Below are positions 9,053 through 18,831 of a stretch of DNA of 64,000 nt, in pieces (position 1 is the stretch's first letter; the number at the start of each line of letters is the position of its first letter). The position numbers and the translations under genes were made by a program. The stretch comes from Candidatus Latescibacterota bacterium. Lineage in GTDB: Bacteria > Latescibacterota > UBA2968 > UBA8231. The stretch spans positions 2,336,001 through 2,400,000 of the forward strand of contig OZ252098.1 in NCBI GenBank assembly GCA_965248355.1, in the 5' to 3' direction. The notes beneath the pieces are model-generated. The model saw only the letters and a list, made by a program, of their open reading frames with translations. It was not told the DNA's origin and did not search any database.

Positions 9053-10608
9053 TCGGCTGTTGCTTTCGGTTGTTCCGCCCGAGGGAGCAGGACCCTGCCG
9101 TCGGCCAGGGTGCCGCGAAAGGCGAAGGTCCAGCCGCCGTAGTTGGATCCCACGGTGTTGCTCAGTTTCAGGACGATGGTGTTCCGGCCCTTCTTCAGAT
9201 CGACCGGAACCGTGCGGGACCGGAAGGTGTCGTGGTGTCCCAGATCGATCCCGTCCTCCCCGTTCACCCGCAGGATCAGCCGGTCGTCCCACGCCAGGCG
9301 GATACTCGCTCTTGTGTCCGCGTCAACTTCGAGGACACATCTTGCGACAGCCGCGGAATTCCCACTGTTGCCGGGCGTCCCCGCAATGTGTGGCCGGAAG
9401 ACGTGGTTGAAGTCCACGAAGCCGCGAAGGGCCGGCCGCCTCTGCCAGCGGGCCACGTCCCTTCCCAGCTCGCGGGAGCCCTCCGTCAGCCAGGGGGAAT
9501 CCCCGGCGTGCCCGCCGTCGAAGGCCGCCTCCGGGTGGAACTCCGTCTCGGCGGGCAGATCGGCATGCATGGCGCGATCCCCGCGGTTCCAGAAGGGCCC
9601 GCAGAGCCACCAGCTTCCGGTGTCGGGCAGCGGCAGGTCGCAGGTCCCCCCGGGCAACTCCCCCCACGGCGGCTCGAAGCGCTCGGCGGGCTGCAGCAGC
9701 GGCCAGTCCGGCATCTCGAAGAAGGGCCGCACCGGCCCCTCCTGGTACCAGTACGAGGTGGCGCAGATGTCGTTTCTCATCGAGCCGAAGCGCACGTGGA
9801 TCGACTTCCTGAACTCGATGGTGTCCCGGTCGAAGAACCGGTAGCCCACCAACCGCTGCGCCGGACGGGCCTGACCGACGTCGGCGTGGGTGTAACAGGG
9901 CATGCCCGTGTAGAGATGGGTCTCGGGCGTGTGCAGGGCCCCGCCGTAGGACGTGCCGAAGGTGTCCTCCCCTCCGATCCCGCGGAGGTAGGCGGGGTGC
10001 TCCCCCTCACCGTCGATGTAGATGTTGTCGGCCCCGCCGTGACTCCAGCGGTCGGTGTCGTCGTAGAGCCGCACGCCGTAGACGAACCCCACCAGCCGGC
10101 CGGGTCCGTCGGCGTCCAGAAGCAGGAAGTCCTGCCCGTAGCTCTCCGTCGGCGCCTCTCTCCGCCAGCGCGCGCAGAAGCGGCGAGGTTCCTCCAGCTC
10201 CTGGTCCGGGAAGCGGTGCCAGTCGACGAACAGGAAGATCGGCGTGTCGCCCGCCCCGCGGTCCATCTCGATCTGCGCCGAGCGGGCGAAGGGCATGTCG
10301 AACCAGCAGTTGTAGCCGCTGTAGTTCTGGGCGGAGAGGTGGGGCGTGTTGATCGGATACCAGGGCAGCCCGTGCATCACGCCGAAGAAGTCGCCGAAGG
10401 GCGCCTCCACGTGGGGGACGGGCTCGTCGTCGAAATAGATGCGGATGACGACCTGCCGTCCGTTCCCGCGGCGGCCGTCCGTAACCCACAAGTGGCGGAT
10501 GCAGCCCGGACCTTCCAGGCTCGCCATGGTGGTCCGTTCGCCGGCCTTGATCCGCCGCGACAGGCTGACCCGGTCCGACACGGCCACCTTGGGCAGATTC
10601 AGGTCCAT
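9049..10608 (-). CDS. DUF2961 / GH172-like glycoside hydrolase
   Basis: GPGCIRHLWVT, IRIYFDDE..PHVEAPFGDFFG, YNCWFDMPF, GIGGEDTFG, ATSYWYQ. Confidence 0.8.
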   Translation of the reverse strand: MDLNLPKVAVSDRVSLSRRIKAGERTTMASLEGPGCIRHLWVTDGRRGNGRQVVIRIYFDDEPVPHVEAPFGDFFGVMHGLPWYPINTPHLSAQNYSGYNCWFDMPFARSAQIEMDRGAGDTPIFLFVDWHRFPDQELEEPRRFCARWRREAPTESYGQDFLLLDADGPGRLVGFVYGVRLYDDTDRWSHGGADNIYIDGEGEHPAYLRGIGGEDTFGTSYGGALHTPETHLYTGMPCYTHADVGQARPAQRLVGYRFFDRDTIEFRKSIHVRFGSMRNDICATSYWYQEGPVRPFFEMPDWPLLQPAERFEPPWGELPGGTCDLPLPDTGSWWLCGPFWNRGDRAMHADLPAETEFHPEAAFDGGHAGDSPWLTEGSRELGRDVARWQRRPALRGFVDFNHVFRPHIAGTPGNSGNSAAVARCVLEVDADTRASIRLAWDDRLILRVNGEDGIDLGHHDTFRSRTVPVDLKKGRNTIVLKLSNTVGSNYGGWTFAFRGTLADGRVLLPRAEQPKATAE

Positions 10609-10629
10609 CCGATTCTCCGGCGGGCCGAA

Positions 10630-11835
10630 CTACTCGTAGAAGTACCGGAGCGGGTAGCTGCGCAGCACGTTCTCCTGGCCCAGGACCACCTCGCCGGTCT
10701 CGTCCTCGAAACCCGACCTCGCCCCGGCGGCCAGCTCGAACCACTCGCGGGCGTAGAGGATGAAGACGCGGTCGCCGATGACGCGCACGTTGGGGTAGCG
10801 GAAGACGGCGAAGTCGTCGGGGAGCTGGCCGAGGTCCGGCAGTCCGATCACCGGGGTGACCGGGTATTCCGCCGGGACGCGGTCCACGTCCTCCAGGCCG
10901 GCGCTCACCTCGATCGTCCGGAACTCCTGCCAGGTGGCCCCCGAGTCGCGCGAGATGGCCGCCGACAGCCGGCCCCGGCGGTAGCCGCGGCGGATCTCCT
11001 CGCGGGAGACCTGGTTCCAGACGCAGAGCAGGTCGCCCGTCGCCGGGATCCTCGTGACCGCCGGCGGCGAGTAGGACGCGGCCAGCTCGGTGGGACGCAC
11101 CGCAGACCACGTGGAACCGCCGTCGCGGCTGTAGCTGCACACGAGCCGCCCCACCGTGGAGCGCGCCAGGAACAGCACCCGCCCGTCGCGGGTCTCGGCC
11201 AGGCTCGGCTCGTCGCAGGCGGTTATGCCGCCGTTGCCGTTGGGCACGCCGTGCTCGTCGAACCAGCCCATCAGCTCGCCCTCGCACATCCGCCAGGTCT
11301 CGCCCTCGTCGTCGGAGATGCTCACCGAGGCGATGTCGATCTCCGGCCAGTGGTAGTGGCCCGACACCTGGCGGCGCAGCCCCTTCCAGAGGCCGTAACT
11401 GCGGACGTACTCCAGCGGCAGGTCGGGATGCCCCTGGTTGCCGAAGCAGATCCGGTTGGGGTAGAGGAGGCGCCCGCTCGACAGCTGGATCAGGGTGTCG
11501 TAGTAGGGACTGCCGAGCAGGGGGATCGCCCGCCCCTCGCCCCAGGTGCGCCCCTCGTCGCCGGAGAGCCACAGCATGTCGTCGGAGAACGCGGCCAGGG
11601 CGCCGGACCGCAGGCGCAGCAGCCCCCAGGCGCAGACGGGCTCGGGAAGCTCCTGTTCGTCGCCCCAGGACTCGCCCCCGTCATGGGAAAGGCGGCAGCG
11701 CCGCTTGCTCGCGGCGAGCAGGGCTCCCTCCTCGAGCTGTGCAATGCTCCACTCGCGGCCGATGCCCACGACCTCGGCCACACCCTCCGGCGGCGGCTTG
11801 CGGAAGACCGGCCGGCCCGACGTCTGGCTATTCAT
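10630..11835 (-). CDS. BNR/Asp-box sialidase-family protein
   Basis: Five Asp-boxes (SHDGGESW, SGDEGRTW, SDDEGETW, SRDGGSTW, SRDSGATW), DEPS, RYP; RBS GGAGGA before MNSQT. Confidence 0.85.
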   Translation of the reverse strand: MNSQTSGRPVFRKPPPEGVAEVVGIGREWSIAQLEEGALLAASKRRCRLSHDGGESWGDEQELPEPVCAWGLLRLRSGALAAFSDDMLWLSGDEGRTWGEGRAIPLLGSPYYDTLIQLSSGRLLYPNRICFGNQGHPDLPLEYVRSYGLWKGLRRQVSGHYHWPEIDIASVSISDDEGETWRMCEGELMGWFDEHGVPNGNGGITACDEPSLAETRDGRVLFLARSTVGRLVCSYSRDGGSTWSAVRPTELAASYSPPAVTRIPATGDLLCVWNQVSREEIRRGYRRGRLSAAISRDSGATWQEFRTIEVSAGLEDVDRVPAEYPVTPVIGLPDLGQLPDDFAVFRYPNVRVIGDRVFILYAREWFELAAGARSGFEDETGEVVLGQENVLRSYPLRYFYE

Positions 11836-11890
11836 TGGCTTCCTCCTTCGGAAGTGGCAGGTAAGATAGGGGGCCGCCCGGGGCCTCAAT

Positions 11891-12023
11891 AGGCGGCCCA
11901 TGGTTGAGGCGGCCCATGGTTGCGGTCCGGGTCGCCTCCTCCATCCCGATTTCTCCTTGACCAGGTCCACTCTTGGTGATAGGTCTTCCCATGAGCCGCC
12001 GCATGAGCCGCCGCATGGCCGCC
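11891..12023. repeat. Mutually inverted short tandem repeats in divergent intergenic region
   Basis: AGGCGGCCCATGGTTG x2 (11891-11922) and CATGAGCCGCCG x2 + CATGGCCGCC (11990-12023); the cores are reverse complements. Confidence 0.75.
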
Positions 12024-12074
12024 ACCGCAGCGGCCGCCGGCTCAGCATACCTGGCAACGGGGGAGACATGCAGA

Positions 12075-12926
12075 ATGAATGAATTGCGCAATCCGACGCC
12101 GCAGAGGCCAAGCCTCACCTGGATCGCAAGTCTCATCGCGGGGCTTGCCATTCTCCACGGCGCGGCGGAGACTGGAGCCGACACGGCGGCGGAAACGGAA
12201 GCCGACACATCGGAAGCCGTCATATCGTGCCCGAGCACCTGGACCGTCTGCGCCTCGAGCTCCACCCCCGACCCCTGCTTCGAGGAGGCACCCGCGGATT
12301 CGACCGAGAAGTACCGCTACTGCACCCATGGCCTGGACTGGAAGTGCAACTACTACGTGACGGGAGACTGCTGGTACTCCTCCACCCCCTGTGCGGAGGC
12401 CGATACGCCAGCCCCTCCCGACGATCCGAAGCCCGGGCCGTGCCTCGGCTTCTCCACCACCGAAGAGTGCGGCGACTTCGACGACTGCGCGGAGCTGAAT
12501 GCCACCGAGCCTTACCGGTACTGCACCCGGTACGAAAACGACGATGGAGACATACTCCGGCTGCACTGCTCCTGCTCATCAATCCCTTGCTCGGAGGCCG
12601 GGCAGGAACCCGCGACCGGCGTGCAGGCGCCGGCCGTTGGGACGCCGACGGCGCATCGTCTGGGCCCGAGCTATCCCAATCCGTTCAATCCCCGGATGGT
12701 CATTCCCCTCCACCTGGCCGCCGACGAGGAGCGGGTTCACCTGGCCCTCTACAACGCGCTGGGTCACCAGGTGCGGCAGTTGTGGGACGGGCCGCTGCCG
12801 GCCGGCAGCCACCGGTTCGTGTGGGATGGCCGCGGGAAGGGCAAGGCCCTGGCCGCCGGGGTGTATGTCTACAAGCTCGAGGTGGGCGGACAGACGATCG
12901 TCAGGAAGACGATCAAGATACGCTGA
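12075..12926 (+). CDS. Secreted Cys-rich repeat protein with FlgD-Ig/T9SS-like C-terminal domain
   Basis: Signal-like N-terminus, two 7-Cys repeats, C-terminal SYPNPFNP...FVWDG...AAGVYVYKL...RKTIKIR. Confidence 0.8.
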   Translation: MNELRNPTPQRPSLTWIASLIAGLAILHGAAETGADTAAETEADTSEAVISCPSTWTVCASSSTPDPCFEEAPADSTEKYRYCTHGLDWKCNYYVTGDCWYSSTPCAEADTPAPPDDPKPGPCLGFSTTEECGDFDDCAELNATEPYRYCTRYENDDGDILRLHCSCSSIPCSEAGQEPATGVQAPAVGTPTAHRLGPSYPNPFNPRMVIPLHLAADEERVHLALYNALGHQVRQLWDGPLPAGSHRFVWDGRGKGKALAAGVYVYKLEVGGQTIVRKTIKIR

Positions 12927-12944
12927 AGGTGTTCGCCTCTACCA

Positions 12945-14492
12945 TCAGAAGGGCGCCCAGCACGGATCCCTGTCCACGCCCGGATCGTCGGTGAGCGGCT
13001 CTCCGGCTCCCCCCTCCGCCGGGATGACGTAGAGGTCGTAGGCAACCCCTGCCACCCGGTCCTCCCGGGCGAAGACGATGCGGGCGCCGTCGGGGGACCA
13101 GGTGGGGCTCCTCCGAAAGAACCGGTCCAGAGTCAGCTGGGTGGCCTCTCCGCCGCCGGCGGGGATCTTCCAGACGTGGCTCTCCTCGAATTCCACGGTC
13201 CGGATGTAGGCGATCCAGCGGCCGTCGGGCGACCAGGAAGGAGCCCACCCGTCGTCCGTGAGGAGCCGCGCCTCGCCGCTGGACAGCTCCAGAACGAAGA
13301 TCCCGCCTCCCACCCTCTTGAAAGCGATGGACGAGCCGTCCGGCGACCAGGCAGGACCATCGGCGCTCCGGCTGAGGGGATCGGAGGTCACCTGCTCCAC
13401 GCCGCTGCCGTCGGCGTTCATGACGAAGATGTCGGTGTTGAAGCGCAGGCCCCCATACTCCTCGACGTCGCCGTTGCGGTCCGACATGAAGGCGATCCGC
13501 TCCCCGTCGGGCGACCAGGCGGGACCCTCGTCCCAAGCCGCGTGGAAGGTGAGGTTCTGCGGGGCCCCGCCGTCGGCGTCCATCACGTAGACCTCCCAGT
13601 CGCCGTCCCGGCTCGAGTGGAAGGCGATCCGGGTCCCGTCGGGGGACTGGGCCGGCTCCTCGCCCCGCCTCACCAGGACGATCCCGCCATCCGGGAGGAA
13701 CCTCCAGTCCGACGTGGAGTCCGGTTCCGAGCCATCGGAGAAGGGCGCCGTGGCCAGGCCTTCGGACAGGTTCACCACCACGCCGGTTTTCGGGTCCAGC
13801 GAGTGCACCTCGAGATCCCAGTCCTCGTCGGTCCGACGGCTCGAGGTGAAGACGATGGGCAGGTCCCCGAGGACGATCCCGCCCTCGCCCGGACCCTCCG
13901 GCTCGTCGGGCTCCGTCATGTCCACGGTCACGCCCCGTTCTCTCAGCGCCGGCACCTGGGCGTCGACCGCCCCCTCGCTCAGCGGGTTGCCGGTGAGATC
14001 CACGCTCTTCAGGCTGTCCAGACCGGCCAGCGCCGATACCTCCGTCACCTCGTTGTCGGCCAGCAGCAGCACTTGCAGGCTCTTCAGAGACGCCAGGGCC
14101 GTCACCTCCTCGACCCGGTTGCTCCCCAGGTCCAGGTAGCGCAGCCTCCTCAGCTCCGCCAGCGGCGACAGGTCCCGGATCTCGTTGCCGTACAGGTCCA
14201 GAACCTCCAGATGTGTCAGTTGCTCGATGCCGCTCAGGTCGACGATCCCCCGGTCCTTGGCCGTCAGCGAGACCAGCTCGGCCGCGTCGCCGGTCTCGGC
14301 CGCGGCCTGCTCGACGGCCGACTGCAGGGCCGAGTCCGCGAAGACCAGGGCGACACCGGTGGAATCTCCGGGCCCGGGCTCGGGCCCGATGGGGCGATCC
14401 GGCTCCGAGCCGCAGCCGGCCAGGGCCAGGGTGGCGATCATCACTCGGCCGAAGATCTCGGCCGGTGTCCTTTGTAGCGTCCGAAGTTCCAT
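12945..14492 (-). CDS. Lipoprotein with internalin-like LRRs and TolB/PD40 beta-propeller
   Basis: Lipobox LALAGC; LRRs (LTHLEVLDLYGNEIRDLSPL); repeated PAWSPDG.RIAF. Confidence 0.88.
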   Translation of the reverse strand: MELRTLQRTPAEIFGRVMIATLALAGCGSEPDRPIGPEPGPGDSTGVALVFADSALQSAVEQAAAETGDAAELVSLTAKDRGIVDLSGIEQLTHLEVLDLYGNEIRDLSPLAELRRLRYLDLGSNRVEEVTALASLKSLQVLLLADNEVTEVSALAGLDSLKSVDLTGNPLSEGAVDAQVPALRERGVTVDMTEPDEPEGPGEGGIVLGDLPIVFTSSRRTDEDWDLEVHSLDPKTGVVVNLSEGLATAPFSDGSEPDSTSDWRFLPDGGIVLVRRGEEPAQSPDGTRIAFHSSRDGDWEVYVMDADGGAPQNLTFHAAWDEGPAWSPDGERIAFMSDRNGDVEEYGGLRFNTDIFVMNADGSGVEQVTSDPLSRSADGPAWSPDGSSIAFKRVGGGIFVLELSSGEARLLTDDGWAPSWSPDGRWIAYIRTVEFEESHVWKIPAGGGEATQLTLDRFFRRSPTWSPDGARIVFAREDRVAGVAYDLYVIPAEGGAGEPLTDDPGVDRDPCWAPF

Positions 14493-14544
14493 GAGTCTTC
14501 CCCTGAATATTGTGTCCGCATCGAGTAGAGGGGCGATCATGGAC

Positions 14545-15228
14545 TTAGTCAAGGAGGTTCCGCGGTGCGGCCGAGCCTCGGTCTCTCAAGTACAGTATTG
14601 GATCTCCGTCCCTGGTACAGCTCCAGTCCAACACAAGGTCGGCGCGATCCATCGGGCGGTGCGTTGAGGCATAGCGGTCTTCCGCGGGCATCCACTGGTC
14701 TCGCCACTGACCGAGCGCTTCGACTCCATCCCGCGCCAATCCCCTGGCCAGCCGGAGCTTCCGAGGGCAGCCCATCCACACCTTGAAGTGGTAGCAATCC
14801 GCCAGCGGCGGCGCCATTGCGTACGCCCCTTCTACCAGCACGATGCCGCCGGGGGGCACCACCCGCCGCTCGGCCATCCCGTCACGGCCCCAGTCGTACC
14901 TTCGATAGCTCCCGCTCCTGGCGGCGGTCAAGGGTTGGAGCACCTCTCGGAGCAGCCGCGGGACGTCGATGTTCGTCCAGGGCGCCGGCATTGCATCACG
15001 CCAATGGACTCGTCGGTTCAGAGGCACGTAGAAGTCATCGATCGAGACCACGGAAATGTGGCTGTCCTTCTCGGCAAGGGAAGTGGCCAGAACGCTCTTG
15101 CCAGCCCCTCCGGGACCGTCGATCGCAACAAGCATGGTCCCGGCAACGGCCGAACGATGGCTCCGAATGGCATGGAGCACGCTATGGAGCAGGGAGTCGT
15201 TTCTCTTCATTCGTTTCCCATCCCGCAC
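14545..15228 (-). CDS. Uridine kinase-like P-loop kinase
   Basis: VAIDGPGGAGKS, DDFY, YRRYDW, LVEG, RGLARDG, WMPAEDRY; start uncertain. Confidence 0.8.
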   Translation of the reverse strand: MRDGKRMKRNDSLLHSVLHAIRSHRSAVAGTMLVAIDGPGGAGKSVLATSLAEKDSHISVVSIDDFYVPLNRRVHWRDAMPAPWTNIDVPRLLREVLQPLTAARSGSYRRYDWGRDGMAERRVVPPGGIVLVEGAYAMAPPLADCYHFKVWMGCPRKLRLARGLARDGVEALGQWRDQWMPAEDRYASTHRPMDRADLVLDWSCTRDGDPILYLRDRGSAAPRNLLD

Positions 15229-15262
15229 CCGGACTATCGCACCTCGCAGCGGCGGTCGGCGT

Positions 15263-16496
15263 TCACGGTGATGTCGCCGCTGACCTCCGAACCCCCGCCA
15301 GCACGGCGAAGGCGATCACCACCGGGACCAGCACCATCGCCGAGGCCACGAAGCCGGCGCGCAGTGACCATCCGAGGGCGATGGCGCCCAGCAGGGGGCC
15401 GCCGATCATCTGGCCGACGGCGTCCATCTGCCCTCCGAAGGACAGGACCGTGGCCCGGACGCGGGAGGGCACGAAGCGGTTCTGCCAGGCGCTCAGCAGC
15501 GGACCGCTGGCGCGGCGCAGGGGGTCCTCGGGCCCAGAACATGGCGATGGCGAAGGGGAACTCGGTCGCCAGGCCGAAGGCCACCAGGCTGCCGACGTAG
15601 AGGCCTTGCAGGACCACCAGCGTCGCCGCTACGGCGCGGTCGCTGGTCGTGTTCACGGTCCGCCGGACGACTTCCAGCAACGCGAACCCCAGGGCCATCG
15701 TTACGTAGCTGCTGAGACCGAACCACGCCACGGGGTCCAGAGGTCCGAGCCGCGGCAGGGTGATCGTCTCCAGCAGGAAGGGCGTGGTCAGGCGATCCGG
15801 GACCTCGCTCGAGGCGCCGAAGAGGAACGGCGCCATGACGATGAGAATCAGGACCCTTCGCCGACGGATCACTTGCAGGGCTTCGAGCAACGTTCGCCCC
15901 ATCGTCCGGAAGGTCTCGCGCTCGGGGGCGGGCCGTGGGCGGAAGCCGCGCTCCGTCATGGCAAGCGACGAGAACAGGGCCAAGCAGAGGTACATGGCGC
16001 CGCCGACGACGAGGGGCCAGCTGCGGTCCATGCTCGCCAGCGCCACGGACAGGGCCGCCCCCGCCAGTCCGCCGACCAAGCTGGCCTGCGAACCCCGCAT
16101 CAGCGCCTGCGGCAACCGCTCGGAGCCGATCTCATCGGCCAGCCACGCGGTCCGAGCCCCGCTGCCGAAGGTCGCTCCGAGGCCCCCCACGACCGAGGCG
16201 GCGAGCAGCGCGTCAAAGAGCGGGACGGACCCCGCGAGGAGGAAGCCGGCGCCCGTGAGGGCGAGTCCGATGACGACCGAGAGGCGGCGGCTGTAGACAT
16301 CGGCGACGACGCCGGTGGGAATCTCGAAGGCGAAGATGGTTGCTTCGAGGACGGTGCCCACCAGGATGAGTTGGAGGGGGTTGAGGCCCACGGTCTCGAC
16401 TTGGTAGACGAGGCTCGTGGTGATGACCGTGGAGACGGCGAGCCCCTCGAAGGCCGACATGCCGATCGAGAGTGGGTAGGCGGGCAGCCGCTTCAC
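15263..16496 (-). pseudogene. MFS transporter (TetA(P)-like) with one frameshift at ~15522
   Basis: FEIPTGVVADVYSRRLS; after a C5 run the C-terminus continues in another frame (PSRVRATVLSFGGQMDAVGQ); likely homopolymer indel. Confidence 0.82.
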
Positions 16497-16759
16497 GGCT
16501 CGGATCGTCCCGCCGCCCGGTGGTGAAATCCCCGAGGCGGCCGATCATGTCGAGGATCCGGGGCAGGCGGTCGAGCCATCGAGGACCGGGCATCCCGGAC
16601 CTGCTGCGTCGTGCTGGGTGATGCGGCGGATGGCATGCCCGGAACCTCGATCAAGGTCCCGAACAATCGCAAGGGGGCGTCACTCCATGCGATGGCGCTT
16701 CCTGCTTCCCGGACCTTTCTTCCGAGACCCTGCCTCCAACTACCCTCAGGAGAAACAAC

Positions 16760-17638
16760 ATGAGCACGCAGGTCGAACTGGTGGTCGATGCCCACGCCAC
16801 GATCGGGGAAGGCGCCCTCTGGAACAGCGCCGGGCAGGTGCTCTACTGGGTCGACATCATGGGCTGCAAGCTGCACGTCCACGATCCCTCGGGGGACCCG
16901 GATCGAGTCACGGACCTGGGCCAGCCGGTGGGCACGGTGGTGGTGCGTGCTGCCGGCGGCTTGATGCTGGCCCTGAAGGACGGGTTCGCCGCCTTCGATC
17001 CGGAGAACGGGGAGCTGACCCTTCTCGACGATCCGGAAGCCGCCCTGCCGGAGAACCGCTTCAACGACGGCAAGTGCGACCCGGCCGGCCGCTTCTGGGC
17101 CGGCACCATGGCCATCGATCCGGTAGAGGGAGCCGGCGCCCTCTACTGCATGGACACGGACTTGAGCGTTCGCAAGATGCTGGGCCAAGTCAGCATTTCC
17201 AACGGCATCGTCTGGAGCCTGGACGGCGCCCGGATGTACTACATCGACTCGCTCCGATACGATGTGCTGGCCTACGACTACGATGTGGAGACGGGAAACA
17301 TCGACAACGAGCGGATCGCCTTCCGGGTCCCCCGGGAGGTGGGGCTGCCCGATGGCATGGCCATCGATGCCGAAGGCATGCTGTGGATCGCCCACTACGA
17401 CGGGTCCAAGGTGTGCCGCTGGCATCCGGGCAGCGGCGAGATCCTGCAGACCATCGAGCTGCCCGTCTCCAAGACGACGTCCTGCGCCTTCGGAGGCCCG
17501 GACCTCGATACCCTCTACATCACCAGCGGTTCCCTGGGGATGACGGACGAAGAGAAGGAGCGGGAGCCCCACGCTGGCGGGTTGTTCGCGGCCAGACCGG
17601 GTTGCCGGGGGGTGGAGCCGTTCCAGTTCGGAGGGTAG
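16760..17638 (+). CDS. SMP-30/gluconolactonase/LRE family protein
   Basis: IGEGALW, NRFNDGKCDPAGRFWAGTM, ISNGI.WS, PDGMAID, TSCAFGG; RBS AGGAG. Confidence 0.93.
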   Translation: MSTQVELVVDAHATIGEGALWNSAGQVLYWVDIMGCKLHVHDPSGDPDRVTDLGQPVGTVVVRAAGGLMLALKDGFAAFDPENGELTLLDDPEAALPENRFNDGKCDPAGRFWAGTMAIDPVEGAGALYCMDTDLSVRKMLGQVSISNGIVWSLDGARMYYIDSLRYDVLAYDYDVETGNIDNERIAFRVPREVGLPDGMAIDAEGMLWIAHYDGSKVCRWHPGSGEILQTIELPVSKTTSCAFGGPDLDTLYITSGSLGMTDEEKEREPHAGGLFAARPGCRGVEPFQFGG

Positions 17639-17644
17639 TGAGCC

Positions 17645-18514
17645 CTACTCTCCCCGCCACGCCAGGTCGATGCTCGTGTACCCGTCGACGTAGCGCTGCA
17701 GGTGCGCGGGCAGATCGGCGAGGAAGCGCTGACCTCTCTCCGGTATCTCCCAGGGCACCTCGATGCGGTGGTTCCGGTCGCGGAAGCCGATGGCGCACGA
17801 CAGCCGGGGTGCATCGAGGTTGTTGGGGAAGGCGCCGTGATAGGTGCGGTGGGCGAAGACGATCATGTCCCCGGGATCGGTGAAGAGGGGGATGAGCCCG
17901 GGGATGTCGAAGCCGTCGTACGGCGCTTCCTCTTCCCCTTCGGGGTGGAAGGAGCGGCGGTCGCTGGTCAGGGCGAACCCTTCCGGCCCCTCCCAGGCCT
18001 CGACGTGGGAATCCTCGATGACGCACAGCCCGCCGTGGACCGGCCTTGAGCCGGTGATGTAGAACCACTTGCCCGAGGGCCACAGCCCGCGGTTGAGGAC
18101 CTCGCCGGCGTTCTTCGGCGGTCCTTCGCCGAACCCGTGCCAGTCGGTGTGCCAGCGGACCGGAGCCGACCCCTGCATGCGGATGATGGCGGCCGAGCGG
18201 TGGACGGTCATCTCGTCCGTTCCGATCAGGTGGCGGTGGACCTCCACAAAGGGCTCGTGCTCCAGCAGCGACCACGCCCCCAGCCCCGACTCGATCCAGG
18301 CGTGGCGCGTCCTCGACTCCCCGGGCCCCAGGGTGCGGTCCGGGTCCGTGCCCTCCCACACGGCCTTCCGCAGGCCGGCGACCATGTCGTCGGGCAGGAC
18401 GCCCTTGATGATGGCGAAGCCGTGCGCCTCCAGGCAGTCCGACATCGCGTCGAGCTCCTTTCTGGCAAACTCGTACCTGTACCCGGGATCCGGTTTCTCG
18501 ATGGTTTCGATCAT
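17645..18514 (-). CDS. PhyH-family Fe(II)/2OG dioxygenase
   Basis: HGFAIIKGVL, WHTD, GGLCVIEDSH, GDMIVFAHRTYHGA, R motif; RBS GGGAGG. Confidence 0.85.
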   Translation of the reverse strand: MIETIEKPDPGYRYEFARKELDAMSDCLEAHGFAIIKGVLPDDMVAGLRKAVWEGTDPDRTLGPGESRTRHAWIESGLGAWSLLEHEPFVEVHRHLIGTDEMTVHRSAAIIRMQGSAPVRWHTDWHGFGEGPPKNAGEVLNRGLWPSGKWFYITGSRPVHGGLCVIEDSHVEAWEGPEGFALTSDRRSFHPEGEEEAPYDGFDIPGLIPLFTDPGDMIVFAHRTYHGAFPNNLDAPRLSCAIGFRDRNHRIEVPWEIPERGQRFLADLPAHLQRYVDGYTSIDLAWRGE

Positions 18515-18546
18515 CCTTGCCTCCCAGCCGACCGCTACGAGCGGTC

Positions 18547-18609
18547 CCTGGTCCAGAAGGTCGGCCGCTTTCGCGGGCAGGTCCAACGGCTCGCAGGAGG
18601 GTGGCCGCC
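18547..18609. repeat. Diverged copy of the 3' end of the Eis-like gene (21247-21310)
   Basis: Direct alignment: 4 substitutions and 1 indel in about 64 bp, 2700 bp apart. Confidence 0.9.
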
Positions 18610-18690
18610 TTGACCGATCCTGTGTTGGTGCGCCGCTATCTCGAGGGCGTCGGTCTGCCGTCGCGTGCGCCGCCTGTCTCTCCAGCCCGC
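18601..18690 (+). mobile_element. IS91/ISCR-like transposase C-terminal remnant
   Basis: Reads VAALTDPVLVRRYLEGVGLPSRAPPVSPAR, resembling the IS91-family C-terminus (I.DP.VI..IL.HLGLP.RAPP..PAR); recognised from memory. Confidence 0.6.
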
Positions 18691-18741
18691 CTCGAGCGGC
18701 CGTCGGCCACCAGACGTCCTCGCCAGACCAGGTACTGGCCG

Positions 18742-18801
18742 TGCGCAGGATATTTTTGCGCATATAATTGATACTGGCGCATATACGGGCTATACTGCGC
18801 A
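18742..18801. promoter_or_regulatory. Repeated (T/G)GCGCA boxes upstream of fic
   Basis: Four GCGCA boxes at 18743, 18758, 18777 and 18797 in AT-rich context that includes TATAAT. Confidence 0.5.
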
Positions 18802-18831
18802 CATTCTTCTTCGGACGAAATCGAGGACACG

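Noticed and set aside
11891..12023. CRISPR array
   Set aside because: Units are 12-16 bp, directly abutting, with no spacers and no cas genes
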